A stretch of 64,000 nt of DNA from Caecitellus pseudoparvulus. Its lineage: Eukaryota; Protista; Bigyra: Bicosoecida. Positions 43,836-54,268 of the stretch are shown here, piece after piece; the first letter of the stretch is position 1, and every line of letters starts with the position of its first letter. The position numbers and the translations under genes are program-made. The stretch lies in the NCBI GenBank assembly GCA_965644315.1, contig CBFFRQ010000038.1:248001-312000 (forward strand), given 5' to 3'. The notes beneath the pieces were generated by a model that made no database searches, was not told where the DNA came from, and was given only the letters and a program-made list of their open reading frames with translations.

Positions 43836-45673
43836 TTGTTCCAGGGCTATGCGCATGCCTCAAACAGCGTGTGCGGGTTCTCACACGCTCCTGCACAAGG
43901 CCAGCAATGCAGCAGCCTGGCAGGGAGGAGCACGGGCATTTCCTGGTCCAGCCAAGAATGCAGCCGACTACGACAAGCCAACACACGCCTTGCAAAGCGG
44001 CTGTCAGGACTGAACGGCGAGATCTGCACATTGTGTTGCTTCTCAGCAGAGGCACCAGCACAGCAGTGGCGTTTCTGGCAAGTCAACGCAAGTACATGCC
44101 TTGCCAAACAGCACGCACCGCAGCAGCATACGGACATGCAGTTCCTTCCAGGAACCCCTGATTTCATCGATAGATTTGCTGCGGATGTTCAGGTGCAGCT
44201 GTGCCTGTCTGAACAGGTGCTGGGCAAGGTTGGCAGCGCCAGCGGAGCGGCGGATGGAGGGCCAGGCGCGAGTGGTCAGGCGGCTTTGCTCTCGCAGCTT
44301 TGGTTTGAGGTCCTCCCATACAACCGCTTCAGCAGTATGCCAGTGTTCTGTGAGTTCACGCGCTTGGTCACGGACCGCCAGTCGCTCGCGCACCTCTTGC
44401 CGCTTGCACCGGCCACGATTTCGCAGCTGAGAAGTCCGCAGCGGCTTCCCCGTTGGTGTCCTTTTCGGGATTGACGCTGGACGGACACAAGCTGTCGTTC
44501 TCGTTCAATCCTTGCACCCTGCAGCCAAGCCATCCAAGCCAGGAGGCCTTTTGCATGCTTGTGTTGCTCGGGAAGTACGCAGCAGTGTCCCCCCCCTTCC
44601 GTGTGTACCCAGCACTGCCCAGCGACCCGGCCCCTGTGAGCCTGCTGCCGGAGGCCATGATACAGCGGCGCCTTGTAGCTCACGCAGCTGCACAGCAGGC
44701 CCTGTCACGCAAAGCTGTGCTGCCACAGCCGGCTGTGGCGGCTTCGCCAGCACCCTTTCTGGGTGACGCACACGCCCCAGCTGCAGCTGACTCCCTGCCG
44801 CCTCAGTCACAGGGCGCACCAGCCGCCAGCAGTGCGCCCCCGACGACAGAATCGCCTGCACCACCCCTGTTCTTGCACGACTTTGGGTCCCTGTTGCAGG
44901 CGGGGGCCATCCCACCGCCTCCGCCCGACCTCAGCTCGTTGCTGGATCCGGAGTACGCCGACAGCCTTGGGCACGGCAGCCAAACTTCCGACGCACAGTT
45001 TCTTCCCAGCGCAGAGGCACAGTCCCTGGTGGCGACGGTTTCGAGCGTGCCGTTCCCTGCCTCGGCTGCGCCTCAAAGTGCTGCGCTGGTGTCCATTCCT
45101 GGCGCGGCCTCAGCTGCTTTTCCCACAGCACCGTCGCTGGGGGTCGTCACAGCGCCACCGGCCCCGCTGCACCAGCGGAAACGAGCAAACAGGGTGGCAG
45201 TGAGAACTCAGCAACTATCATGCCCGCCGAATCCAGGCAGTGCAGGCTTCTTCTCAGCTCTTGGCCCGCCCCCCCAGGTGGCGGCGGACTCTGCCCCCAA
45301 GCCTGGCAAGGTGCGCCGGGTTCAAGGTACATCCGCGGGAGAGAAAGTACCCCCCGGGCTATTGAGGTCAACGCTGGATACAGTTGCCTCGCTCCGCCTG
45401 TGTGACTGGCTGCCTGGGCATGGTGGGGCGGCGGGTGGGGAGGGCTCGGGCAGTGGGACGTCGGCTCCTCACGCAGCTGGCGCGGAAAGTCCAGGGGGGG
45501 TGGATCTGTGGGCAGGGTTGCCAGTGCTCTTTCCAGAGGTCCGGCAGTACCTGGACCGAGGTGGGCCCGTTCGCCAGGAAGTCATTGACTCCCAGCGTGT
45601 TCACATTGCCGCCACACTCAATACCATGGTTGGGGGGCTTGGAGGCGCACATCAGCCATACGGCCATGCCTGA
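43836..45673 (+). CDS. Hypothetical protein with beta-rich N-domain and Pro/Ala-rich tail (start uncertain, possibly ATG 44137)
   Basis: The two overlapping ORFs are joined in frame by an intron at about 44350-44426 (gtgagt..cgcag). Confidence 0.55.
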
Positions 45674-45810
45674 CAGGGTCCCGCAACGCCACGGTCAATT
45701 CATTATACGTTAGCAAACGATACGCGCGCACAGTCGTTGAGGTGGGGAACGCTTGTGTGTTTGTTGCTCCTGAGGCCGTTGCCGACTGCAGCGAAGGACC
45801 CTTGTACTCG

Positions 45811-47915
45811 ATGGCACGAGCAGCAGGGCCGGTGTCTGGGGTGGGGCACCGCGCACTGCCAGCAAGGCTGGATCTGGCAGTGACAGGGCATGTTGCACCA
45901 CTTTTCCGTGACGAGCGCATGCGTGCGGGTGTCGAGGCTGGGCACGGCCTCATTCCATTGCGGTGTGCGCCAGAGGTGCTGGCCGATCGCCACGATTGCA
46001 GGCACGCCCTGGAATCCTTGCCAGCAAGCAGTGCCGCGTCGATAACACGGCAGAGTATCGATGACCGCCTTGAATGCGAGCGCTGGCGGTACTTGCCCAT
46101 GGACGCAGGCGGGCTGGGGCATCTGGGTGCGTGGAGGAAAGCGAAACGCAGACGAAACTGCACGCGCTCATTGATGGTGTACATGCGCTTGTTGCTACAG
46201 ACGAGCAGGATCCAGAGTCTCACGTGCAGCTTCTCCAAAGTCTTGGCCTGTCTGACCTCAAGCACGTTCAACGCATTGCTGACGTCGGTGTGAGGATGGC
46301 AGCTCGCCCGCCTGCTGCAGGCAGGTACTCCGCTGTGCCTCCAAGCCAGGAGTTGCAGCGGCCAGCAGCAGCTTTGGCGGCGAGTGACAGCGCTGGAAAC
46401 ACACGCGGCAAAGAGTGCTCTGCAGGCAATTATTCTCCCCCGTTTCCTCTCCCCTCCCTCCCTCGTCACTCTGCGTTGCCGGGCAGCTGGAAGCAACACT
46501 TGCTCGTGCAAGCAACAGCACGCAAAGTGAGGCGCAGCCCGCGCCACGAGCACTTCCCCGCCGCCACACCCCACGTTTTCCTTCGCGCTCTTCTCTCAGG
46601 TAGCTGCCAAGCCAGCCATGGAAGTTCTGCTGACCGTGAAGCAGGCAGGCAATGTGCACCTTGCGTTTCTGGCGGAGTCACACCCGTTGCATGCATACTA
46701 CCAGGCCCTCAAAGTGCGTACTTGACCTTGTTTACTTCGCTCCTTGTGTGGCATGTCAAGTAAGTCTGCTCTCTATCCCCGCAGCGTCGTGCGTTGGGCG
46801 GTGCGACACTCTGGCCCGACACGCCTCCTGACATCCCAGCACTGCTGGCCGCCCGCATGGCTGCCCCCGCCGCTTCGCCAGCACCGCCCGTTGTCGGACT
46901 TGTGGACTACAGCGACTCAAGTGACTCGGATGCGGTCGATGAGGCTGCAACCGAGGGCGGTGGGCCCACTGTGCCGCCGCCCCAGCCACAGGAGAAGAGC
47001 GATGCCCTGGCATGGGCTTGGGCGCAGCTGCCCCCCGCTGCTGATCTGAGTCGCCGAGCGCGAGCCATGCTGCTGGAGGCGCCCACACAGTATCGCAGTG
47101 CGGCCACGGCCTTGATCAGTCAGCTGTGCGAGGCAGTGCGCCGCGTTTGGCGTTGCGAGGTGAAACGCCGGCGCGAAGCAGCCAACGCAGTGTGGGGCGC
47201 AGACACAGCGCCTTGGCTAGTGCCACCTGCCGCGTCCGCCGCCAAACGGGCTCTTGAGCTGCCACGTTGCTTGCAGCATGCTGGAGCTCTGGGGCTGCGG
47301 GCACTCGTGCAAGCGGAGGCGGCTGCACTGCCCAGCCTGTCAGCTGAACACGCCGCTGCACTTGGGCAATGCCAAGCGTACGCTGCTGCGAGGCGAGCGA
47401 CGGCAGCCGTAGCTGCAGCCTTAGGAGCTGCCATGGTGTGCGCCTGCAGTGGTGGGTTGGCTATTCGAGGTCGTGCAGTCGGCAGCCGATTCGCCTCCGA
47501 CGCAGGTGGTGGCGGTCTGGCCCTGCCGCCTTGCAGCCGGGGGCAAGTGGAGGCTGTCATCGGCATCAAAGCGAGCGCACAGAGCCAACGGCTGATTGCG
47601 TGCACGCTGGTGTGCGAGCCTGCTCTGCCTGGTTTGGCGGCGGTGGCTGGCGCAGCGGGCGTTGCAGAGGGCAGCGCAGGAGAGCTTGCAGTTGAGGCAG
47701 GCTGGACTGCGGCAGCCACCGCCTCCGACCACAGAAGCAAGAGGGCCCGCGAGGAGGGAAGTGACCAGTGCCTGGACCAGGAGGTGTCCAAACGCGTGCG
47801 CCGGCTGCAGCGTGCTCGGTTGCTTGCAGGTCACTTCAGCGCGGGAGCGAGTGAAACCCCCAGCACAGCTCAAACGGCCACAAGTGAGAAATCACCGTCA
47901 CTGGGCGAAAGTTGA
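45811..47915 (+). CDS. SFSWAP: Suppressor-of-white-apricot-like splicing factor (DRY_EERY + SURP), 4 exons
   Basis: LFRDE..VEAGHGLIP..LADRHDCR..ECERWRYL. SURP is split by an intron: KQHLLVQATARK|VAAKPAMEVLLTVKQAGN..FLAESHPLHAYYQALK. Also LVDYSDS. Confidence 0.8.
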
Positions 47916-48045
47916 ACCCGGTGAATGCAAACCCCTGCAACTCGCAACAGGGCCCAGTTTGCCCGGAGGTTCCTGTGTTGCACTGCAGGGCTTGCCCGGC
48001 CTTGGGAAGTGCCGGGTTTTGGCTGGGCTGGTGCGATTCCCGGGC

Positions 48046-51000
48046 ATGCCGCCGAAAGCCTCCAAGCGCAGGGGCTTGCCCGCCGCCAGCGCCTCGGACG
48101 CCTTCGCACAGCTGGCAAAGGGAGGGCCACTGAAGCTGAAATCTCGTCCATCCTTCCCACAGCTGCCGTCGGCCGCTTTGAGCGCTGCATCCTACGATGA
48201 GGGGGAGGGGGCAGCTGCAAAATCCGCTGCTGCCAACGGTCCCAGGCAAGCGACTCCTGCAGCAGGGTCGCCACGCGGAAAGGGCGAGAAAACTGCCAAG
48301 CCAAGCACTGCATCAAAGACGCCAGCTGCCGCACGACGGTCGGGATCAGCTGCGTTGGGCGAAGGCCGGGCACGCTCCGTTAGCGCCAGCGGGGTTGCAA
48401 GGGCCATGCCTGGAACACCCGCTTCGCCAACGACCAAGACACAGAGCAGGGGATCTGCGGCGAAGAAGTCCAGCTCAACAGTGGATATTTCGCCTAAAGC
48501 GCTCAAGGCGGCTCTTGCAGCGGTGCAGGCCCTGTATTCCTCCGGCACTGTGAGCGGGGAAGTGCTGGCGCTGGCGCTGGGCCACTGGCTCGCTGCGGTG
48601 CAGAGCGGCGAAAGTGCGGCTGGCACCGCAGCGGCCGGGCACTTCTCCATCGCAGGTGGCGGCGAGGGGGCAGTTTCCAAGGTGTGTTTGGGGGATGCCC
48701 CCCTGCGCATGGTGCTGCAGCTGGCGCAGGCCGTGGCAGGTGCGGAGTTTGACCTGCACGGTCGTGATGGCGTTGCCGTTGAGGCCGACACTGCGCGAGC
48801 ACAGGCTGGCCCGGCGGCCAAGCGAGCCCGGAACACCTCGGCAAGCTCTGCCAGCTCCACGCCCCCCTCCCAGCGCCGTGTGCGTTTCTGCACGTTTGAC
48901 CTGTCTGTGCCCGACGCCACCGCCCGTGACGTGGGCACAGCGCACTACATTCTGCCGTACACTGAGCCAGCTGCCCCCAGCACGGCAGAGGAGCTGTTCA
49001 CCATTGGCGGCAAGTTGGTGCAGCCGCCAGTGGCAGAGGCGCAGGGCGCCACGCTGCCGCCCGGAGCAACTGCCCCTGCTGTGACTCCCACGGACTCGGG
49101 GCAATCTGTGCCGGGAGTCACTGGCGCATGTGGCGTGCCCAAGCAGCACCCCTTGAAACGGCCCATGTCCAAGCGCCCCCCACGGTGGGCCAGCTCAGTG
49201 CCCTCAGATGCCTTGGCAGCACTGCCTGTGCCACCAGGTGCTGCGGCCGCCTATGCAGAAAGCACGCTGGTGCACTGCCCCAGTGTGCCAGGTGGGCCCA
49301 CTCGCCGTGCTGCGGCAGGGGCAGTGCCCGCTACACCTACCTCCTTTATGCTGCCACCTCCAGTGGCCTCCACCTGCCCCATCGTCCTGCGTCACCCGCA
49401 AGAGCGCCTTGCAGTGGCGTTGCACGGGGTGATGGAGTGCGCTGCGCCGCTGCGCTCAGGCTTGGAGGGCCGTGGGCGGAGTGCTGCCACGCAAGCATGC
49501 CACGCAGTGGTGCGTGCAGTGCACGACACACTGGCTGCATGGGGACTGGAGCCCCCTGTGTCTGTCGGCAGTGCGGAGCGTGCTGCATCTCGGCGCAGCG
49601 CGAAACGCCCTCGTGCACAGGCAGCCCAATCGGGGCCCCTGCACCGCCGGCTAGCTGCCTCCACGTTCAAATCCGCTGCTCAGACTCTGGCACGAGAAAT
49701 TAGCACCCTCTTTGTGCCTCGACATGCGACTGTCTCGAGTGGGCCGTGGCAGGTGACTGACGTGGCGCCTGCGCCGCTGTTGCTGCCGTTTCAGCAGCGG
49801 TACACGGAAGTCATCAGCTCGCTGTTCCGACACACCTTGCGGCGTGCTTTCAACGGACAGGTGTGGGAAGACGAGTCTCCCTTCATGCAGCTGCACATGG
49901 CGTTGTTGCGGGAGGAGGGCGGTGTGGACGGGGAGGAAGAGGAGACGGGTGGCAGTGGTGACGAGGAGTTCGTGCCAGACGGCAACGCAGCAGGCGCTGA
50001 CGCAGCCTCCACCACCGGCCTGCCTGACTCCACCCATGCAGCTGCCGATTCGTCCGCTGCTACGAGTGACGCCGAGGCGCAGGTGGTGGATTTGGAGGAG
50101 GCTTCCCCAGAGGCCATGGCTGCCATGGCGCAGGTGGAGGCTGCCTGGCTGGCCAGCGTGGCTCCAGATGAGCCCGGCGCCAGCGCAGAGGATGAGGGGA
50201 AGAGCGTGGCGTCGGCCACCAGTGCCATGTCCGCTGCGTCGCGGGCCAAGGTGCCTGGGGCTGGCTCTGGCGTGGGTGTGGGGGGGGGTGCCACGGAGGA
50301 TGGCTCCTACCTCAGCATAGCGGATGGGGAGGTGTTGAAGTACAACAGCGATGACTTGGCGGCGCTGGTGTACAGGGCGCTGCTGCAGCTGCACTGGGGG
50401 CGCTCCGTCTTGCTGCGCATGATCCACCCCCACACGCTGCTGCCCAGCACGGGGGAGGGCGAGGGGGGGTCAGCCCCCCCTCCCGGAGGCAGTGGAGGGT
50501 CGGCCTCCGCCCTCACTCTGCAGCAGTGCGTGGACCGGGCCCCCGTTCAGGACCTGGCCACGGCGTACGAGTTCTGCGTGGGGCACATGTTCCTGCAGGA
50601 GTTGCTGACGGCGCCCAGTGTCATCGCGGCAGTGGAGGGGGGGGGCGACGCATGGACCACCCTGCAGCGTCTGGGTGCGCATGTCATTGCCTGGGGTTTG
50701 GTGGAGGAGGGGCATGCTGGCGCCTTTGCAGACCTGCTGGCGCTGGGCAGGCAGTTGTCAGCAGAGGAGGAGACGGTGCGGGAGGTGCTGGCGTGTGTGG
50801 CGCCCACCCTCACGCGGCACCACCGGGCTCTCGCGCGAGCCCGAGCAAATTCCGCATCTCGCCGGCGCAAGGGCTCAGCCCGTGGCGGCAAGTCCTCTGC
50901 CCGGGCCTCCATGGCGGCTTCCAACTGGTCCCTCGCTGCCATGCCCAGTGCCAGCGACTCGCCGGGTCAGGGTGTGGCGGCTTCCCTGCTGCGCCCGGCA

Positions 51001-51423
51001 GAGGGCACCTTTGACGCTGCCTCAAACACCTGGCGTTTCGGGCGTTACACCGGCCTGTCAGTGACGGCAGCACAGCTGCACGCGGAGGAGCTCTTCCTGT
51101 CAGCCCCGCACCGCTTCCAGTACCCCAAGCTGGCGTGGGCCAAGCCCTGGCTGGGCATGTCGTTGGAGGAGCTGGCGCAGCTGACTGGCCAGTGCGAGGA
51201 GGAGGAGGAGGAGGAGGAGGAGGAGGAGGGGGGTGACACGGTGCACCTGTTGGGTCTGTCGGGGCTGGGGCAGATGATGCAGAGCGGCGCCGTGCCCCCC
51301 CCTGGCCATGGGTCCAAGGTCCCGAGCAGCCCACCTCGTGTTGGCGGAGCGGCGCAGGGGAAGGGAGCGCAGGCCAGTGCTGCAGTGCCGCCTTCTCCTG
51401 TTGCGTTTCCATTCTCGGGTTGA
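48046..51423 (+). CDS. Large hypothetical protein (basic disordered N-terminus, acidic tracts)
   Basis: About 1125-codon open frame from MPPKASKRR; no family recognised. Confidence 0.65.
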   Translation: MPPKASKRRGLPAASASDAFAQLAKGGPLKLKSRPSFPQLPSAALSAASYDEGEGAAAKSAAANGPRQATPAAGSPRGKGEKTAKPSTASKTPAAARRSGSAALGEGRARSVSASGVARAMPGTPASPTTKTQSRGSAAKKSSSTVDISPKALKAALAAVQALYSSGTVSGEVLALALGHWLAAVQSGESAAGTAAAGHFSIAGGGEGAVSKVCLGDAPLRMVLQLAQAVAGAEFDLHGRDGVAVEADTARAQAGPAAKRARNTSASSASSTPPSQRRVRFCTFDLSVPDATARDVGTAHYILPYTEPAAPSTAEELFTIGGKLVQPPVAEAQGATLPPGATAPAVTPTDSGQSVPGVTGACGVPKQHPLKRPMSKRPPRWASSVPSDALAALPVPPGAAAAYAESTLVHCPSVPGGPTRRAAAGAVPATPTSFMLPPPVASTCPIVLRHPQERLAVALHGVMECAAPLRSGLEGRGRSAATQACHAVVRAVHDTLAAWGLEPPVSVGSAERAASRRSAKRPRAQAAQSGPLHRRLAASTFKSAAQTLAREISTLFVPRHATVSSGPWQVTDVAPAPLLLPFQQRYTEVISSLFRHTLRRAFNGQVWEDESPFMQLHMALLREEGGVDGEEEETGGSGDEEFVPDGNAAGADAASTTGLPDSTHAAADSSAATSDAEAQVVDLEEASPEAMAAMAQVEAAWLASVAPDEPGASAEDEGKSVASATSAMSAASRAKVPGAGSGVGVGGGATEDGSYLSIADGEVLKYNSDDLAALVYRALLQLHWGRSVLLRMIHPHTLLPSTGEGEGGSAPPPGGSGGSASALTLQQCVDRAPVQDLATAYEFCVGHMFLQELLTAPSVIAAVEGGGDAWTTLQRLGAHVIAWGLVEEGHAGAFADLLALGRQLSAEEETVREVLACVAPTLTRHHRALARARANSASRRRKGSARGGKSSARASMAASNWSLAAMPSASDSPGQGVAASLLRPAEGTFDAASNTWRFGRYTGLSVTAAQLHAEELFLSAPHRFQYPKLAWAKPWLGMSLEELAQLTGQCEEEEEEEEEEEGGDTVHLLGLSGLGQMMQSGAVPPPGHGSKVPSSPPRVGGAAQGKGAQASAAVPPSPVAFPFSG
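51196..51228 (+). repeat. (GAG)11 microsatellite encoding poly-Glu
   Basis: Perfect gag run. Confidence 0.9.
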
Positions 51424-51549
51424 CTCGGCTCCCGCACCGTGCTCGCCAATGGCGCATCTGCCAAAACCGTTTGAAAATGTACCTGCGTGCGACGTCCTGT
51501 GTGCGCCATTCTGCCAGTTCCCTGCTTCGTTGCGCTCAGTGTGTTCGAC

Positions 51550-53189
51550 ATGGTTGCTGCTCGGCCAGCTCGTGCGGTGGTGCACCTGGCCCGGACGGCC
51601 CCCGCAGCAAAAGGCGAGGCTCTCGGCGCAGTGGCCACCCCATCACTGTGTGTGGATGAGGCTGCGTTGCGTCGCAACGTTGCTCGGGCTGTGGCCATTG
51701 CGAAGGCCGCAGGGAGCGCCACCATCCGCCCCCATGTGAGGGGAAACGCGAGCGAAACGCCTGTCTTGCCAGGCGCGCCACTCCCCCCCCTGGCAACCGA
51801 TGCAGATCAAGTCTTGCAAGAGTGCAGACCTTGCTCGCATCATGGTGAGAGCGGTCACTGTATACTGTGCACGTGCTTGGCGGCCGCTGCACTGTCGTTG
51901 GCCTGCTTGGTGTGCAGATTGAGGCTGGGCAAGGCGTCATCTCAGGCATGTGCTGCCAGAAAGTGGTGGAGGCAGAGGCCATGGTGGAGGGCGGCATTCA
52001 CGACGTCTTCCTGGCAAACGAGGTCATTGGAGAAGACAAGGCCCTCAGGCTGGCTGCGCTGGCCGCTGCTCCGCACCACGCTGCTGTGTCTGTGGTTGTG
52101 GACAGCGAGCTGGGCGTGCAGCAGCTGCAAGCTGCAGCCAAGGCGAACCAGGTCGTGCTGGGGGTGCTCGTGGAGGTGGACGTGGGCCAGGCCCGCTGTG
52201 GTGTGGCTGACGCAGCAGCGGTGGCTGCCTTGGCCCAGCACGTGGCCAGCGCCAGCCACCTGCGTTTCGTGGGCGTGCAGGCGTACCACGGCGCAGCGCA
52301 GCACATCCGCCACTGGGCGCAGCGTGCCGAAACCATCAAGGGCGTCGTGGACATCGCTACGTCTTGTGTGACTGCCTTGCAAGAGGCTGGCCTGGTGTCA
52401 GCTGACTTGTCCCTGCCACCATACACACCACCAGAGGGAGTGCTGGCGAGCTGCAGCATTCCGCCAGACACCACGCTGCGAGTCACTGGCGCAGGCACCG
52501 GCACCTTCCCCTTGGAGGCAGCATCAGGCGTGTTCACAGAGCTCCAGCCAGGCAGCTTCATCTTCAATGACGTGGACTATGCGCGCAATGAGGCGTGGGT
52601 CAGCGGCACGCACCTGCCGCAGTTCCCCTTTGCCACGGCGGCCATCGACTCAGCGCTCGCAGCGGTGCCTGTGCAGAGTCAGCCTGCCCTGTTGGGGGAG
52701 GGTGCAGAGGAGTCCCTGGCAGTGGGTGAGGCCCCAGGCAGCGGCGAGGAGTGGGGGCAGCTGTGGGAGCACAGTTTGTTCCTGCTAGCCACGGTGATGA
52801 GCCGCAATGTGCAGGGGGGCTACGCAGTCCTGGACTGCGGCATGAAGGCGCTGTCTGTGGACTCCGGCCAGCCAGTGCTGGCGACGAGTGTTGCAGGGGC
52901 CCGCCGAGCGGGTGCCAGCGGCGCGGGGGCAGTGTTTGGAGTGACAACGGACGAACACTCCACAGTGCTGGCTGTGGATGCGGAAGGTAAACGGCTGGCG
53001 GGGCAGGCAGCCGAGGAAGTGCTGCCAGAGCTGGGCAGCAAGGTGCTGCTGGTGCCGTCTCACTGCGACCCCACTGTGAACCTGCACGACTTCATCGTGC
53101 TGTTCACTTGCCCTGCGGAGGCGAGTGACCCGATGGCCTCCCAAGTGCAGTCAGTGGTGCAGGTGCAGGCCAGGTCTCCTGGGTACTGA
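51550..53189 (+). CDS. PLP fold-type III enzyme, D-serine dehydratase / D-threonine aldolase family, 3 exons
   Basis: TPSLCVD..L.RN, RPH|IKSCK (PLP Lys), EVDVG..RCG, YHG, GTGT, ELQPGSFIF.D.DY, DEH, PSHCDPTVNLHD. Confidence 0.9.
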
Positions 53190-53334
53190 AGTGTGTGCAT
53201 TGGAGCAGGAACTGCAGCACCAAGCACAAGAAGAGTATGGGTCAAAGCAAAGCAAGCAATGCAGCAAAGAGCGCCCAGCCTGGTGTGGCAGGCTGACGAA
53301 CAAGGCGCTGGGGGAGACAGACGCGGTTGGTGAA

Positions 53335-53943
53335 TCAAAAACGCTTTCGGACGGGCGCAGACAGCCGGGTGGGCACGTGCTGCAGCCCCCACATGGGGGA
53401 GGCTCCCAGTACAACTGTTCCAGACACTTGCACTGTTTCTCCGTGGAGGTTTTGTCCACATTCATGGTGCACAACGCGCGCAGCGCCGCCGGGCCCAGGC
53501 ATGCAGGTACTGCGCTTCACCTGCACAGTGAGGCGCTCCGCACCACTGGCGGCGTCACACGCTCCTGCAGAGAGAAGAAGAACAAGCACATGCGTGTAAA
53601 ACGTTGGTCGATGTGAAGCGGCTTGGCGTGGGAATGGCAGGGCACGCACGGGAAATGACGCCAAAGTTAGCTTCCTTCCCCAACGGTGAGTACTGCGCCC
53701 CATCCCCGCTTGCTTCTGAGAAGGCCGCTGCTAGAGTGGCTGCTGCGCTCTGCAGGTGCAAAGCATGCTGACAAGGGCCAAACGTATGCTTGCGCATGGA
53801 CGGGCCGGCTGTGTACGTCAAGGGCGCGTGGTGAGGTGGGGCAGCCCGCACGCGGCGTGGCACGTGCACTGTCACGCACCCTGGGCGCTGACCGCGGCGC
53901 ACACGGCCAGTACTGCAACCAATGCAACCGATTTCCACATCAT
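53335..53943 (-). CDS. Small secreted protein (150 aa), possible cystatin/cathelin fold, 3 exons
   Basis: Exons 53943-53880, 53808-53650 and 53564-53335; both donors are gtgcgt and phases are consistent. Signal peptide MMWKSVALVAVLAVCAAVSA. Confidence 0.65.
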
Positions 53944-54268
53944 GGTGAATGGGGGAGCACCGAGCGGCTTCCTGGCGCAGGCGCTGCAGCTGTGACGGGT
54001 GGGTCACTTGGCAGAGGAAACGGAAAGGCACTGCACTGTCCAATGCAAGGAACAGCCGTTGATAGCGTTGAAACAGGCACGCCGGAGATCGATGTATGCG
54101 GCAATGTTCATACTTGATTGTCGTGCTTCTCACTCACTGTTGCATTCGAAATTTGCCTGAGGGGCATTGTCCTCCTGCGGCACAAATCACGCTTCCCTCC
54201 CGCACCAGGAATGCACCCCGGCACAAGCGGAAGCCCACCGCGCAGCTGACACAGGGATAGCGGACGGC

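Noticed and set aside
44340-44480. Apparent frameshift between ORFs 43836-44474 and 44453-45673
   Set aside because: It is explained by a canonical intron at about 44350-44426.
53505-53530. In-frame TGA before a Cys-rich ORF (53151-53474, minus) as possible selenocysteine
   Set aside because: The phase-consistent spliced model uses another frame with no internal stop, and I recognised no SECIS or redox motif.
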